A stretch of DNA of 64,000 nt from Octopus sinensis (GCF_006345805.1 NC_043011.1:27230464-27294463); one strand, 5' to 3'; shown: positions 27,846-42,559, numbered from the stretch's first letter. The notes: generated from the sequence alone by a model not told the origin. Program-made: numbers and translations.

Positions 27846-29514
27846 TATATCGTATATATATATATATCTTAACAGAGAGATGATAATATATATATATTGG
27901 TTTTGTTAAAGTTATGTGCATGTGCGTATGAGAATGTGTATGTACAGACACATAGATGCAGTTCTACACACATACATACGTATACATTATATGTGTGTGT
28001 GTTGTGTGTATGTATTATGTTTAAAATATCAAAAAATTTTTTTTAATGTGATTATAAAACTGATAGAATGCAAACAAGGAAAACATATTTCAGTTTTATA
28101 GGAGGAGGGAAATGATAAAGCAGTTTAAACAAAAGAAGAATGCTTATGAATAACAAGATATAATTATATCAGCAACTAAACATTGCGTAGTAACATGCAG
28201 AAAGGAAGTCCCAGTTGGTAGCAAATTAGAACAATAAGGGTTAGAGAAAGCATTAATGTTGGAGAATGGATATAATAGTTGCAGACAGAATTTGCAAATA
28301 TTACAAAGCAAGACCACAAAAGCAACGTTGATGACGATAGTGAAGTAAATACCAAATTATTCAAAAATGAATTAAAGTTAAAATAATACGAACAAAAACC
28401 AATGATGAAATACTTTTAGTAACCAAACCTCTTTCAAAGTTATCTGTATCAAGTGAATAGCGACGGAATATATTAGATAGCGTTGGCATAGATACACTAT
28501 GTATGAAATGTAAAGATACGATGGATAAAGATGGAATACCTTTGATCATAGGTGTTCTGCATTATGGTTAGCCTGGGGCTAAACATAAAAAAATTCTTGA
28601 TAGAAATTAATTTTAACACTTTTGGTTTAAAGTTTAACGATTATTATATATGAATACTTTTAACTGCCTGCCTAAAGAACCCCAAAATATAGTAGGGACC
28701 TATACTGAAACATTAATAAAAAGCCCAAAAAACAAGAAAAACAACAACAATACATTGGATAAACCTGTATGATACCGGACCAGCCAACCGTTTAAGGATA
28801 CACTCAAGGAAGATCTGCGGTTATAAGCTCAATCATTGACCAGCTTGTAGCCATAGAGCGACAACAAAATTGAAAGAAAATAAATTAAAGCGGCACTCCA
28901 GCATGGCCGCGGTCCAACGATTGAATCCATTCAAAGAATAAAGGAAACGAATTTGATATGTTATTTTGTATCGTTTATTATCTTGTGTTACAAAATTCAC
29001 TGCGGGATACACTGTGTTAAGTGTGGAACCGTCTTATTGACGAGTGTAAGTTATGCCCATATTCATATTTTCTTCAGTGTTTTCTTCGGCCGAAGCAAAA
29101 TTTTTTAAAGATCTATGAAACAGTGGTTTAATCCTTAAGATTACAATGATAATTTACAATAAGTTACATACGTAGCTTTATAGAACTATTATTTTTTCAG
29201 AAGAGCTGAGCCAACATGAGCCAAACACTGAACCACTCTTAGAAATAGGAGATAAATTTTCCAGAAATTACACCATGCCTTTTTGATTAAAAAGGGATTC
29301 ATTGGATAACGTAATTCTGTTTATAGAAAATAGTATGTTGGTTTTTGGAAAGTTGTTCTTTTAAAAGACTCTGCTCAATCAGCGCTTACTTAGGACTAAG
29401 ACACAGCTCTTGAGCTCAGACGATATGTCATAAAGTTAAATCCTTTATGGACAGGAAACCCAGGTTAACACCATAAGCCGACCTTCACCAATCCCGGACC
29501 GGGCTGCGGTGTAG

Positions 29515-29848
29515 GCGCGTGGCTCAGTAGTTAGAGCGTCGAGCTTACGATCGTGAGGTTGTGAGCTCGAATCCCGGACCGGGCTGCGTGTTGTGTTCTT
29601 GAGCAAGACACTTTATTTCACGTTGCTCCAGTTCACTCAGCTGTAGAAATGAGTTGCGACACCACAGGTGCCAATCTGTATCGGCCCTTGCCTTTCCCTT
29701 AGACAACATCGGTGACGTGGAGAGGGGAGGCCGGTATGCATGGGCGACTGCTGGTCTTCCATAAAAAACAACCTTGCCCAGACTTGTGCCTCAGAGGGTA
29801 ACTCTCTAGGTGCACACCCATGGTCAGTGTCTGACCGAAGGGGGTCTC
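29515..29848 (+). mobile_element. SINE family B
   Basis: Homologous to 6409-6741; an internal 18-mer AATCCCGGACCGGGCTGCG is duplicated just upstream at 29490. Confidence 0.9.
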
Positions 29849-30014
29849 ATATATATATGTATATGTATATATAAATGTGAAACAAGGTGGAAAAAAGAGT
29901 ATTCAAATACCAGAGGTAGAGTAATATGCTTTATTTAAAAGCAGCAGAAATATATATATATATATATAAATATATATATATGCATAAATATGTGTGTATG
30001 TACCTATCTTTCTT

Positions 30015-30067
<53 letters not shown>

Positions 30068-30854
30068 ACTAGTAGTGCAGCATATGGATTCATAGAATCT
30101 TGTGGCTATTAGAGAAAATTCCTCTGATGGAGCTGGTTGTATAACTACATATTAATGCAATACGGAGTACAATGCAAATGGAGAGTCCTAGGCAGCTAAA
30201 ATCCAAGAGAGCCGATCGATGAAGTTAACACACACAGACACACACACAGTTAGACAGACACACACAGTTAGACAGACACTCCCTCTCATACACACACACG
30301 TGCGCTCGCACACACACACATCATAAGAATAAATGTAGGAAACAACGAGTGCATATGAAATATGCATATATTTAACATAAAATACGTAAGAATTCTTATT
30401 TTTGTCAGGTAGGTTCCATAGATTTAAAAAAAAATTTAAATACTGACTTCAATTTCTTTTCCCTTTTAGCCATTTTTAAAGTGTCTAAATATAAAATATT
30501 TTGCTTATACATTTCTAAAAGCAAAAAATCAGGTGTAAATATATTCTTAATTCGCACTTATTGCTTACAGACTACATTTATAAAATAGGTAGAATTCTAA
30601 AATTCTAAAATTCCATATCCGAAATACACTTATCTACCATTATCTGTTTGTAATTTACGTGAATATACTAGAAAATTACGTTGACTTAAATCATATGGAA
30701 TTTTCCGGACTATATTTCCAATCATGTGAGAAACGGAGTCATGGAATGCGTGAATGAAAGCAATATTGTTGAGTAAGGTACACCTTGTCGATGCATTTGT
30801 TAAATGGTGGAGCAAGGAATTATACACGAAGCAAAATGCCTTCTTCCAGAATAT

Positions 30855-31445
30855 TCTTTTATTCTTTTACTTGTTTCAGTCATTAGGTTGCGGACTTGTT
30901 AGGGGCACCGAGTTGAAGAATTTTAGTGGAATAAATCGACCTCAATACTTCATTTTTTCAAAGAATGGAACTTCTTCTATTGGGTCTCATAAACCAACGA
31001 ACATCGCTTGTCAAGCGGTGGTGTTTGTCTCCCAACACGCACACACATACGACGGGCTTCTTTCAGTTTTCGTCTACCGAATTCACTTAGAAGGATTTGG
31101 TCGGCCCGAGGTTATTGTTGTAGACACTTGCTCAAAGTGTCATGCAGTGGAACTGAGCCCAGAAACATGTAATTGAGAAGAAAGCTTCTTACCACACAGC
31201 CACTCCCGCGCCTAAATGGAAAGTGAAAAAAATAATAATTTTATTGTTTATCTTTTCTTTGTTTCGTGCATTAGACCGCGGTCGTGCTGGGGCAACACCT
31301 TTGAAGGTTAATTTGAAGAAATTGACTTTTGTACTTATTTTTTCTTTAGGCATGGTAATTATTATATTGATACATAATTTGCCGGAGCCTTATATTACAG
31401 ATATGGAAGTATAGCAAGACCAGTTGTCAAGCTATGGTGGGAGAC
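30855..31445 (-). mobile_element. SINE family A (30855-31213) plus a second degenerate 3' half (about 31250-31445)
   Basis: Reverse-complement homology to family A. Confidence 0.75.
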
Positions 31446-31467
31446 AAATACACACACACACACACCA

Positions 31468-31516
<49 letters not shown>

Positions 31517-31663
31517 CATATATTTATACGTATATATGTGTATACATGCATATATATATGTATGCGTGTGTGTGTACGGATGTATGCTTATGTGTATAAA
31601 TGTAAGAAAATAAGTATATACACATACACACATATGTGTATATATATATATGTATGTATGTTT

Positions 31664-31709
<46 letters not shown>

Positions 31710-32225
31710 TTACATATGTTTAAAAATATCAAGTGTATAAAATATTTTTATACGCAGAGAGAAGACCTTTGACAGCACTCCTTACATGCTAGAAAGGCAG
31801 TTAAAACCCAAACTATGAAAGAAAAAAAAATCATGAGGCACGCTGTAATAACACCAGAACGAACAAAAAATAAGTTAATCCCGAACTCGAGTTTCTTTAT
31901 TAATTGACAAATAAACTAATTTCGAATCTGTGGATCGTAAGCGAGATTACTAATTAATGAATAATTTTGCAGTTGCAAAATCGTACTGAAAACACGTGAG
32001 CAACACAGCTACATCTGGATTCAAACTTAGTGCGCAAGCGTAAACATATAGTCCATCAATAAATAAACAAATTTATAACTGTGTCCCATATATGGTGTCC
32101 TATTTGTGCATGTGTGTCTGTATCTGTGTGTGTGTGTGTGTGTTTGCCCCCCCCCACCATTGTCTTATGACTTTTATTTATGGATGCTAATCACTGGGAA
32201 TAAAATATTTTAGTTTAGTACCCTC

Positions 32226-32672
32226 GTGTGGTAAGTAGCTTGCTTACCAACAACATGGTTCTGCGTTCAGTTCCACTGCGTGGAAGCTTGGGCAAGTGTC
32301 TTCTACTATAGCCTCGGGCCGACCAAAGCCATGCGAGTGGATTTCGTAGACGGAAATTGAAAGATGCCCCTCGTATATATGCATATATATATATATATAT
32401 ATATATATGCGTGTGTGTGTGTGTGCGTGTGTGTGTGTGCGTGTGTGCGTGTGTATTTGTGTGTGTGTATATTTGTGTGTCTGTGCTTGAACCCCCCAAC
32501 ATTGTTTGAAAACCGATGCTGGTGTCTTTACCTCCCCGTAACTTAGCGGTTCGGCAAAAAAACCAAAAGAATAAGTACTAGGCTTACAAAGAATAAGTCC
32601 CGGGGTCGATTTGCTCGACTAAAGGCCGTAGTCAAATGATTGAAACAAGTAAAAGAGTAAAGGAGTAAAGAG
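32226..32672 (+). mobile_element. SINE family A
   Basis: Homologous to 12083-12531. Confidence 0.9.
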
Positions 32673-32750
32673 TATATTTGCGATAGTAATATATTTATAT
32701 ATATTCACACGCACTCGCACACACACACGCACATGCTCACACACACACAT

Positions 32751-32782
<32 letters not shown>

Positions 32783-33539
32783 CACACACACACACACACA
32801 CACGCAGAAACATATATCCACATATGTTCACACTCTCACGCATTCCCCTATTCACTTACTTTCATTTTCTTTGCAATGTTTATAAAAACAAACAAGCTTG
32901 TTTTGTGTTCATTCATTTTTTTTGTCTCTTCCAAACATTATTCATGAGTATAAAAATCTTTACACTTTGACATTTTCAGGATCATATACATACATACATA
33001 CAGACATACATACATTCACACGTACGTATGTATATTGCAGATATGTACATGTTCTTTTTCTCTCTATTTCGTTTCATATATCTTTGCTTGTGAAAAATTG
33101 AAAATCTTAACCTATACATTTTTCTTCCGTATTTTACGACAAAAATAAACATATACATTTTACGTCCGTCCGTTTCTTTCTATTAATTTATTTCATGATG
33201 AATATAGGATTTTCATTCATTTTCAGTTTGTTTACTATGTTTATGAAATACTAACACCTGGCATTTTTCGGATATGCTATTTTTTTCCTGTTTATTTCCA
33301 GTTTCCAAGGAAAACATGTCGCTCTTTTAATATCCGTATCCACACGCATAGTGAAGATTAACGAAAAAAAGAAAATGTTAAAAGGCGTCACAATGTGATA
33401 ATTTAATAGGTGACAAGTACTAGAAAAGGTACTAACAGTGATAGATCACCTATTGCAAAGCATGTAAAAATAACAAACCCAAGTCGGGATTTGAGTGAAA
33501 ATATTTAGCATACACAATGGAATGCACAGAACAAAACGG

Positions 33540-34030
33540 TACTTTCAAACTGATTTAACACGTTTCGGTGGAGACTTGGAAATAACTTGCCGATGCCAGG
33601 AGATTTCGGGGGGTCATCAGGAGAGAGCGCGCCGTTGCGAAGGCTTTACAAGACACCGGCCCTCAATCACTGATAGGAGGCCTCACCTACAGGTTCTAGT
33701 GATTAGTATTCGACCTCAAATCCATTTTGGAATCATCATCTCTCCAGCCAGGTTTCAGCCATATCCAATGGCAGGCCCGCTCAACTGTCGCCTCGATCTC
33801 CTTAAAGATGTCGTTTGCTTACCGATGTTGGAGACACGTTGATAACAACCACCGTCTCAGTCTCGTTCTAATAAAGCCCCATACATTCAATATCTACAGG
33901 AAAGTGTACTACACTTCAATCAGCATCTATACAGTATTCTAGTAGCATCTCATAACGCAGGTCTTTCCTGGCCTCATCTGCGTCTATATTGTCTTCATGT
34001 GGAACAGTTAATTCAACAAGGTGTATTATT
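33540..34030 (-). mobile_element. 3' fragment of a HERO/NeSL-type RLE retrotransposon
   Basis: LVELTVPHEDNI...RKDLRYEML...FPVDIECMG resembles the ELTVPWE...RK..RY...PVEVGCRG endonuclease region. Confidence 0.7.
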
Positions 34031-34032
34031 AT

Positions 34033-34248
34033 TAGTTTCACATTTTGACACAAGGCCAGCAATTTCAAGGGATGGTCTAAACCGGTTACATCAACCGCAG
34101 CGCTCAACTGGTACTTATTTTATTGAGCCCGAAAGGATGAAAGACAAAGCCGACCCCGACGGCATTTGAAATCAGAACGTAACGTCGGAAGAAATGCTGC
34201 TAAGCATTTTCCCCGGAGTAGTTATGATTCTGCTATTTCGCCGCATTA
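34033..34248 (-). mobile_element. SINE family C
   Basis: Reverse-complement homology to 4254-4443 and 23695. Confidence 0.85.
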
Positions 34249-34907
34249 AGCTGCATTGTTATTAAAAGGATGTTTTGCAATGAGCTATAACAGAGCATTT
34301 TTGCTATAGAATGATTATAGAAAACCAGTCAGGGTTCACTGTTCTGTCTACAGTTAGTCAATGTACCGTGACTACAGACCTGTCTACTAATCATATAGAC
34401 AGTACCTTCTTGCATCACGTCATTGATATGAAATCCAATAAATGTTTAATTATATGCTTTAATTTCACCAATTCTTTTCACAGTAACAAGAAAAGCAAAA
34501 TCAACTTACGCAAGTGACCAGAATTGTCTTCATTTGCATTTATAACTAACCAATCAATTATATACAGATTTGATAGTAAACGGTTTGGAGTTTAGTGAAG
34601 TGAGAAAATTGATTAAATTATGGATATATTTGATATGCAATTAAACAAAGTCGACTTATATTTAGAAAAAAAAATATTTTACGCAATATAACATAATTTG
34701 ATAAAAATAAAGTGTTGTTTTTACTTTACCTTGATACGAAATTAATGAAATAATTATCAATTACCTGGCGCAATATGACTGTGTGGTTCAGAAGCTCGCT
34801 TTGCATCCATGTGCTTTTGGGTTGATGAAAATGTTCCCGAAGAAAGCAGACATAAATGCCCTCAAATTTAACCCGAGTACCCTGTACACACACACACACA
34901 CCACACA

Positions 34908-34980
<73 letters not shown>

Positions 34981-35164
34981 CACACACACATTTTCTCTTA
35001 TTTCTTTCTGTCAAAGAGTGTAGACTCGAAATGTAAAACACGTTCCCATCTTTCCTGAGGGTCAAACTAATACACTTGTTCGTTGTTCTTACACCTGTCT
35101 TCGTCTTTGCTTTTCTATAAATTTGAACTATATATATATATGTATATATCTATATCTATATATC

Positions 35165-35602
35165 TGTTGTAGCGAAAGTGCGACACCCTCTGACGAGAAT
35201 AGACGGGATCACTATATATAAATAATAGCAGTCTGACGTAGCTCAGGTACAGTTTACAGTTCGATTTAGTGTGTTGGAAATATTGATTGTTGGTTCGTAA
35301 AAAACTGTTGGCTCGTTGTGTGTTTGTTACTGCCGCTTTTTCAATTTTGTATTGGAAGTACGAAACCGTGTTTCACGCTCGTTGATAGCGGCAGAGAAAA
35401 ATTAAGTCAGATAGGAAAAGAAGCCAAAAAATTTCACAGGTTTCTACTTGGTAGAAGTTTTCTGTTACAAACAGATCATCGACCATTGCGTTCAATTTAT
35501 GGGTCAAAGAAAGGGTTACCTACCCATACAGCGAACCGACTCCAATGTTGGGGTATAATATCACTAAATTACAATTTCAAAATGCAGTATATTCTATCGA
35601 AA
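35165..35602 (+). mobile_element. Gypsy LTR retrotransposon, 5' piece (partial LTR plus RNase H fragment)
   Basis: LTR start TGTTGTAGCG...CACCCTCTGACGAGAATAGACGGGATCAC matches 36555(-); KFHRFLLGRSFLLQTDHRPL...ANRLQCW...NYNF is Gypsy RNase H. Confidence 0.85.
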
Positions 35603-35730
35603 ACACCTTTAGTCGAACAAGTCGACCCCAGGACTTATTCTTTGTAAGCCTAGTATTTATTCTCTCGGGCTTTTTTGCCGAACCGCTAAGTTAGGGGTAC
35701 GTAAACACACCAACACCAGTTGTCAAGTGA
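35603..35730 (-). mobile_element. SINE family A 3' half, truncated at the inversion breakpoint
   Basis: Reads ...GGGGTCGACTTGTTCGACTAAAGGTG and then stops; terminal piece lies at 37930-37955 on the + strand. Confidence 0.8.
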
Positions 35731-36273
35731 TACATACATACATACATACATGCATACATACATACATGCATGCATGCATGCATACATACATACATACATA
35801 CATACATACATACATACACACATACATACATGCATACATACGTACATGCATACATAATACATACATATATATATATAAATCCCAAATTTTATTTAATTTG
35901 CTTTGCGGGAGCAACTGTTATGTCGAAACGTATCTTGTTGTGAAAAGCTCGAAACACGAAGTAGAAAAGCAGCCAACAACTGATGAAGGGTCATACTTTC
36001 GTGTTGCTTGTCTTATTTTCCGTTTGTTTCTTTCGTTCTTCGCAAAAGAAGTTCGTATTCCATGTTGTCGTATTTCGTATTTCATGTTGTTTTCGTATTT
36101 TATGTTTGTTTTATGTTTACGTTCCGTGGTGTCCTGTGTCAATATATGCATGTATATAGAAATGTATGTATGTACATATATATGTGTATGTATGCATATA
36201 CATTTGTATATTATTTATACTATTATATGATTGAACGCCACGCATCCATTTCCAAGGATATATATATATATAT

Positions 36274-37928
36274 TGTTATATCTTTAACTCTCCAATATCG
36301 TAGTACGTTAATATTGTCGACGAAAGATAAAGAATACACTGTAACAGTTTTATAACTATTGGCAGTAACAAACATGCAACAGACCAACAATATTTTACGA
36401 ACAAACAATCGATATTTCCAACACACTAACTCGAATTGTAAACTATTCTTGGTTTTCGAAGACCAAACTACGAACTGCCGACTACGTCAGACCGCTATTA
36501 TTTATAAGTAGTGATCCCGTCTATTCTCGTCAGAGGGTGTTGTGCTCTCGCCACATCTCCCCTTTTGGGATTTCGAGTTCGGAAGGAATAAAGAAATTTT
36601 ATTTATAATTATTATTATTTAGTATCTTTTTCGCTTGGGCCTTATCTCAAAGTGTTCGGTCTGCTTCCGTTTTCTCATACTGGTTCTAGGGACACCATCA
36701 CTTTCGGTGCTAGGACATCGAATACATTAAAAAATACTTCCATAGGAATTTCTTTCCGTTCTTCGGTATGCCTTTTCTTTAACTGATTTATGTGTCTCTT
36801 ATGTTCCCAGAATGGTTCTTTAATTAGATACTTCATATTTCCGTTTTTTTTTTTTTTGGTACAAGGTCATCCTCCCAGCCTTCTTTACCATTTCTGTAGG
36901 ACTTGAAATTCCCTTTATCTCCTACTTCGAAATATTTCGTTGCATCTCTTGTATTTCCTTTACATCTTTTTTCTCTGACAATAACTTATCAAAAATTGAT
37001 TTTATTCTTCTCGCGAACATCAACTCTGCGGGTGACTTTCCTGACTTTGTACTTGGATTGAGGGTTACTCTATATACCCTTAAGGATTTTGTTAGTGTAC
37101 GTCGTTAATTCGTTCCTAGCCTTTCTTAACGCTCTTCTGAACGTGTCCCCGAATTTTTCTATTATCCCATTTGACATCGTGTGGTAGGGTGGAGTGAAAA
37201 TATGCTTTATCGAATGGATTTTACAGAAGTTCTTAATTTCATACCCCTAAGAATTGCGTTCCATTATCAGAAACAAATGTATCTGGAACACCGTATCGTT
37301 TAAACCATTCATATAAGAACTTTATCGTTGTCTTAGAGGTTGATTTATTGCACCTGCATACCTCTGGCCACTTTGTACAGCAGTGTAACATGATTAGGTA
37401 GTAAGCGCCATTCCCCGGTCCGGCATAGTCGATATGTAACCTAGACTATGGGTTCTCAGTCTCCGGCTACGATTGATATTTCACCGGCGGGGTTTTGGCT
37501 GCGAGCGCGCAACCTCGACAAGTTCTTACCAAATTTTCAATATCTCGGTCCATAGTCAGCCAATAGATGTCGCTCCTCATTTGTGGTTTCATCTTCGACA
37601 TTCCTGGGTGTCCGCTGTGGAATTGCTGCAATACACGTTTTAGTAATGTAGTCGGTACTGCAACTCTTTACGCATACATCAGAACGTTCTTGCATATTCA
37701 GAAACTACTCGAATTTGTATTTTTACTCTGCTTATTTTTTAAAGTTTCTTTCATTTTTATAATATATTCATCGCTAACAGATTTCATTCTTATATACTGT
37801 GCAGTCACTGGCAGCTCTTGGATAACATTAGTCATAATACTTTTTATTTCATTTTCTGCTTGCAGTGCAGCTATCACGGTATCTTCTGGTGGTTCTGCAT
37901 TTGGGGGAATTAGCCTCGATAGACAGTC
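36274..37928 (-). mobile_element. Gypsy LTR retrotransposon, 3' piece (integrase, PPT, 3' LTR 36274-36555)
   Basis: DCLSRLIP, HSGHPG...CRGC (integrase HHCC), LHIDYAGP, VSDNGTQF; PPT AAAAGGGGAGA directly before TG; LTR ends CA. Confidence 0.9.
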
Positions 37929-38134
37929 TTGAAGCTAGTAAAAGAGCAAAAGAATATGTATATACATACATACATATATATCAGACTTGGCTGTGTAGCT
38001 AGAAGTTTACCTCCTAAATACATGTGCACGAGTTCAGTTCCACTGAGTGGCACCTTGGACGAGTGTTGTCTACTACACGCACAGACACACACACGCATGC
38101 TCGCGCGCGCACATACTCACATACACACATCGCT

Positions 38135-38425
38135 CTCTAAGGCCCTTGGACCCTCCCGGGGAATTGGTCATCCATGGTATTCCTCCACTCATTGCAGTCC
38201 TGGGCTTTCCTCTGCATTTTTTCCAGTTCCATGCAAATCTTATATCCTTCATGTTACGTGAACCGGAATTTCTTGGTCTTTCTCTTCCTTTGACCTTGAG
38301 TATTCCATCAGAGAGATTACCTGACGATGCTGTGTTTGAAGTTTCTGAGAGTGTGACGAATCCACCTTTTTCCTCTGATCTCCATATCATCGGAAGATTG
38401 TTGAGTTCGATCCCACAAGGCTATA
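38135..38425 (-). mobile_element. RTE-clade LINE 3' fragment
   Basis: RWIRHTLR...WNTQGQRKR resembles the RTE C-terminal WIGHTLR...WNPQG.R.RGRP. Confidence 0.7.
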
Positions 38426-39955
38426 CTTAAAAACAAGCAACAACAGGAGGATAAAGACAACAAGCTATAAATAATATGAAATAATCCCAAAGAATGTAGA
38501 ATCAATGCAAAATGCACAGTTCCATGCCGGTCGAAACTGCTAATAGTTCAAACTATGCAAAGATTTAAAGAATCTAAGAAATAAAAGCTTTAATATTATT
38601 TTTGGAAAGGTAGCTAGTTACATCTTATGGAACATCAGTTATTCATAGAAACACTCGTTTGCAAATCAAATCTTAATACTTAATCACATTTGACTTAGAA
38701 ACAATGTTAAGAGCTTAAAGACACTAAATCATTATTTAACGATAACCTAACATGAACTAAATGCTGACAAACATCCGTTATGGTTTATAAATACTGCGTA
38801 ATCTGCTGTTAGAGTGAAGCAAGATTAATTTAGTCTTGCTTTCTAAACGTTACACAAAAACGCACAAAGGCCGATAAATTCACACACACATAACACAAAA
38901 ATACAAGCAGGAGTATACTCGACGTACAGATTCTCCTCGCCCCACACATATTACGTGTACACACATAATTACGAGAAGTGGGGCAGAGTAAATTCAAGAT
39001 TCAACTTATGACGGTAGTGAAAAAACATTGCCTACAATTAACTATATTGTCATTATATACTGTCATTAGCTCTTCATGGATGCTTTAATTCTCAACGTGT
39101 ATTATTTTTGCTAGAGATTTGATTCACACACACACTATGTATATATATATATATATAACGATTAATATATCAAATATTCAAAACTGAACAGTTACTTTTA
39201 TGTTATGTTGGAATTGTTATTTGAAGCAAATTTGAGGAGACTCATTCGATTATGTATCTCGCCCCAGTCTTTCATAAGAATTCTTTGCAGATTTTTTAGA
39301 AATTACACAGAGACGAAAGAGAATATATTATGACACAAAAATCATACATTTACTTAAGAAAATACGAAAATTACTCAAAAAATGTCTACATTACAATGCA
39401 GTCGACACACTTAATACAGACAGGAGTTTGTCCAAGTTATATGCAGAAGTTAAAATAGTTGATCATTATTTGCCAAAGGCTATTCTATGCGCAAGAACAT
39501 CAATTGCAATTAAGATCTACAGTATTTGTAAAACCGTCACGATATCTCACTGAAATGGTTTCTCATGATGAATAAAAGAAACCTATATTTTTCCTCAAGC
39601 CAAACATGTGCAAACTTGTCTGTAAAATTCATATATTATGATAGCAATATTTTCTGATACTAAAGTAAAATGATAGCAGGTGATATCTCTAGGATTGGTT
39701 TGTGAATCATAAATGACCTGTTAGAAGAATACTTAAGCAGTGAATAAGGTCATGGTATTAGGGACATAACATAAATCATAATCTACACTTCAAAGAGATA
39801 AAGCATCTGATATTGCGGTTTTACACTGTAAATGTATACATAACTCAGTTGCTGGGTGTTTGTCTTCTGGTTGTCTTCTGTTGAAATATAGTTGTCTTCG
39901 ACAACTAATGTTTCAACAGTGGTGCAAACACCGCCAATTAGGATATATATATATA

Positions 39956-40447
39956 TCTATATATAAAACTGTAGTTGTGTGAGTGTCTGTCCCCTTCGAT
40001 TTAGATTCCTAACTACTCCCACATTTTGCGGTGCAGTTTAACCAAATTCGGGTATCTTATAGTCGTGATTCATATCAAGCCCGTCTGGCTATTAGCGCGC
40101 GTCTACGATGAGTCTACGATTTTAAAAATAATTTAACATCATTTTTTATTCCATTTTAATGCATAATTTTTCGTGTGTCGATGGCGGCAGAGTTGGCGTC
40201 CATGGTCACACCTGCACCTGTTTGCTTCTCCCCCTTCTTCCCTCCCTCGTGAAGCTGTGGGGAATGGAGTGTAAGGAAATCAACGTCGTAAAGCGTTCTT
40301 TTAGAACAACGACTTCATGGCTTGAAGACACCAAACAGAAATGGCTAAGAAAGCCCGAATTGGCATCTATAAGGGAAGTAACTCTCTAAAAATGCTTATA
40401 TAGTTATTTCCCTTACAAACCCGAGCAACGCCGGGCGATACTGCTAG
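39956..40447 (+). mobile_element. Non-autonomous Helitron
   Basis: 5' TCTATATATAAAA, subterminal hairpin CCCGAGCAACGCCGGG, 3' CTAG, inserted between A and T within (TA)n. Confidence 0.85.
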
Positions 40448-40773
40448 TATATATATATATCAATAAGGAAATGGAGGGAATCAATAGGTCGTTCATCAAC
40501 TTTTAGACATTATATTATGTTAACTTATTTATTTATTTACTAAAATGACAATTACAGTAATATACATACACATAACATATGCTTTACATATAAGATATAA
40601 GATATAAAATATAGCAATATATAAGGATACCAGTGATTATTATTATAATAAAATAACAAACGAATATAAATTGGGAAAATAAATTACAGCTGTTTCAGCC
40701 AATAGATAAAAATACCTCATTCTACTTTTATTACTCAAGTGGATTGAAGTAATAGGTAGATGAAAATGAGGTA

Positions 40774-40823
<50 letters not shown>

Positions 40824-41005
40824 TATATATATATATATATAATATATATATATATTATATATATATATATATATATAAAAGACATGCATACATATATGTA
40901 AGTATATACATCCATTCACACACACACAAATACACCCACACCCATAGTCACATACACACGCACACAAAGACACACACGCGCATACACACACACGCACACA
41001 CACAA

Positions 41006-41046
<41 letters not shown>

Positions 41047-41202
41047 CAAGGTACAGGAATCTTATATGTATACCATTCTGCCTAAATAATGGAACTAAAG
41101 ATAAATATCCCGGCATATCCCACGTCTATTTTCATTCCTCCACTTCACTCTTTATTTCATATCTTATCTAGAATAACTATTGCTTAACCATTTTCTCATA
41201 CC

Positions 41203-41250
41203 GTCTCCGATGAAGGGATATATAAAATATCCCGGAAACAGCTATAAGAC
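41203..41250 (+). ncRNA. Hammerhead-like motif (CCGATGA core) in an element at about 41050-41320 within (TA)n
   Basis: gtct-CCGATGA-a-gggatat...atatccc-g-GAAA-cagcta-TA-agac. Confidence 0.55.
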
Positions 41251-41320
41251 CTAATCCTAAATGTTCTGAAATCTTTCACAGCCTTGGATTGTTATCTCAT
41301 TGTGTTAATTTTTTCCTATA

Positions 41321-41412
<92 letters not shown>

Positions 41413-41840
41413 GTGCGTGTGTGTGTGTGTGTGTGTGTGGTGTGTGTGTGTGCGTGTGTGTGTATGTATATATGTGTGTGCGTGTGTGTGTCTATGTATG
41501 TGAGAGTTTAGAGGGTTATATAATCCGGGCGGGTACCGGAGTTACTGTCAGTTACGGTTAACCGCATCGGTTAGTATTTAACGTCTATGACTGCTAGGAG
41601 TTTTCACACACGCTGTAAATTCCCCTGACGGGTAATTCCTTGTTCGCTTCGCTGGATGGTTATTTATCTGGAGTGTATATTAACAATAGTTATAACGTTG
41701 GAGAATGTGCATACGGGTACATCCTCAAAATTTATTCCCTTTTATTTTACAATGTAATACAACGTATTTTTATGTTTTTGTGGCGTTTCCCCTGCACAGA
41801 GTATGGGCAGTTGCATAAGAAACCGGGCATAACTACTGCT

Positions 41841-41874
<34 letters not shown>

Positions 41875-42103
41875 GGGAATATGATTCCAATCTTACAGGG
41901 AAAAATTCAATTCAATAATACTAATTCAAATCTCACAATATATAATACATGTATATAAATTAGAGAAGAACCACCATGTAGCAATTCAACAATGATATAA
42001 TTAAATCATACCATATAGAAAAAAAATTAAAGATACGATAAAAACATTTACCTAGAACTAAATAAAGTACCAAATAATAAATAAATAGTATATAATTAGT
42101 AAA

Positions 42104-42188
42104 TAGACTACACATGTTTCGTGACTATATTTATAAATTGATAACAGTAAAATCAATTCAATTTAAATATAATCACTCATCAAGTCTA
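42104..42188 (-). ncRNA. Hammerhead-like motif in an AT-rich Penelope pseudo-LTR-like element (about 41870-42500)
   Basis: Minus strand tagac-TTGATGA-gtgatta...tagtcac-GAAA-catgtg-TA-gtcta; C3 position is T. Confidence 0.55.
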
Positions 42189-42559
42189 AGATAAAAACAA
42201 TAAAATAATTAAATAAATATACGTATATTATCTTATAAGAAAATATAATTATATATAAAAATACGTAATTTTACAATAAAAAACGAACAAAATTCAATAA
42301 TATATCTTAAAATAAAAACATGAAATATCTTATTGAATATATTCTGTTAACTAAATCATTAAAATTTAATACGTAGGACTTAGTGTTTATAATAAATTTA
42401 TCTCGTTAAAAACGTGGTGTAAATACAACTAGAAGAAATATTTATTTTATCTATGAAAATATATTTTAGCTTATAGAAGAAACAAAAACAAGCTATAGTA
42501 TATCATTACTGGAAAATGTAGTATGCAATATTGAAGATAATGTATCTACCGGGGGTTTG

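Noticed and set aside
29515-29585. tRNA-like sequences with A and B boxes (also 6409, 11010-11083, 56009, 59465-59537)
   Set aside because: They continue into shared SINE bodies and lack a proper acceptor stem, so they are SINE heads rather than tRNA genes
35975-36000. CTGATGA hammerhead half-core (and TCGAGGA..GAAA at about 8768-8795)
   Set aside because: No convincing matching GAAA, stem III or stem I could be assembled
35165-36555. Inverted LTRs suggesting a DIRS-type or foldback element
   Set aside because: Better explained as Gypsy direct LTRs reoriented by the 35603-37929 inversion; DDE integrase and PPT are present
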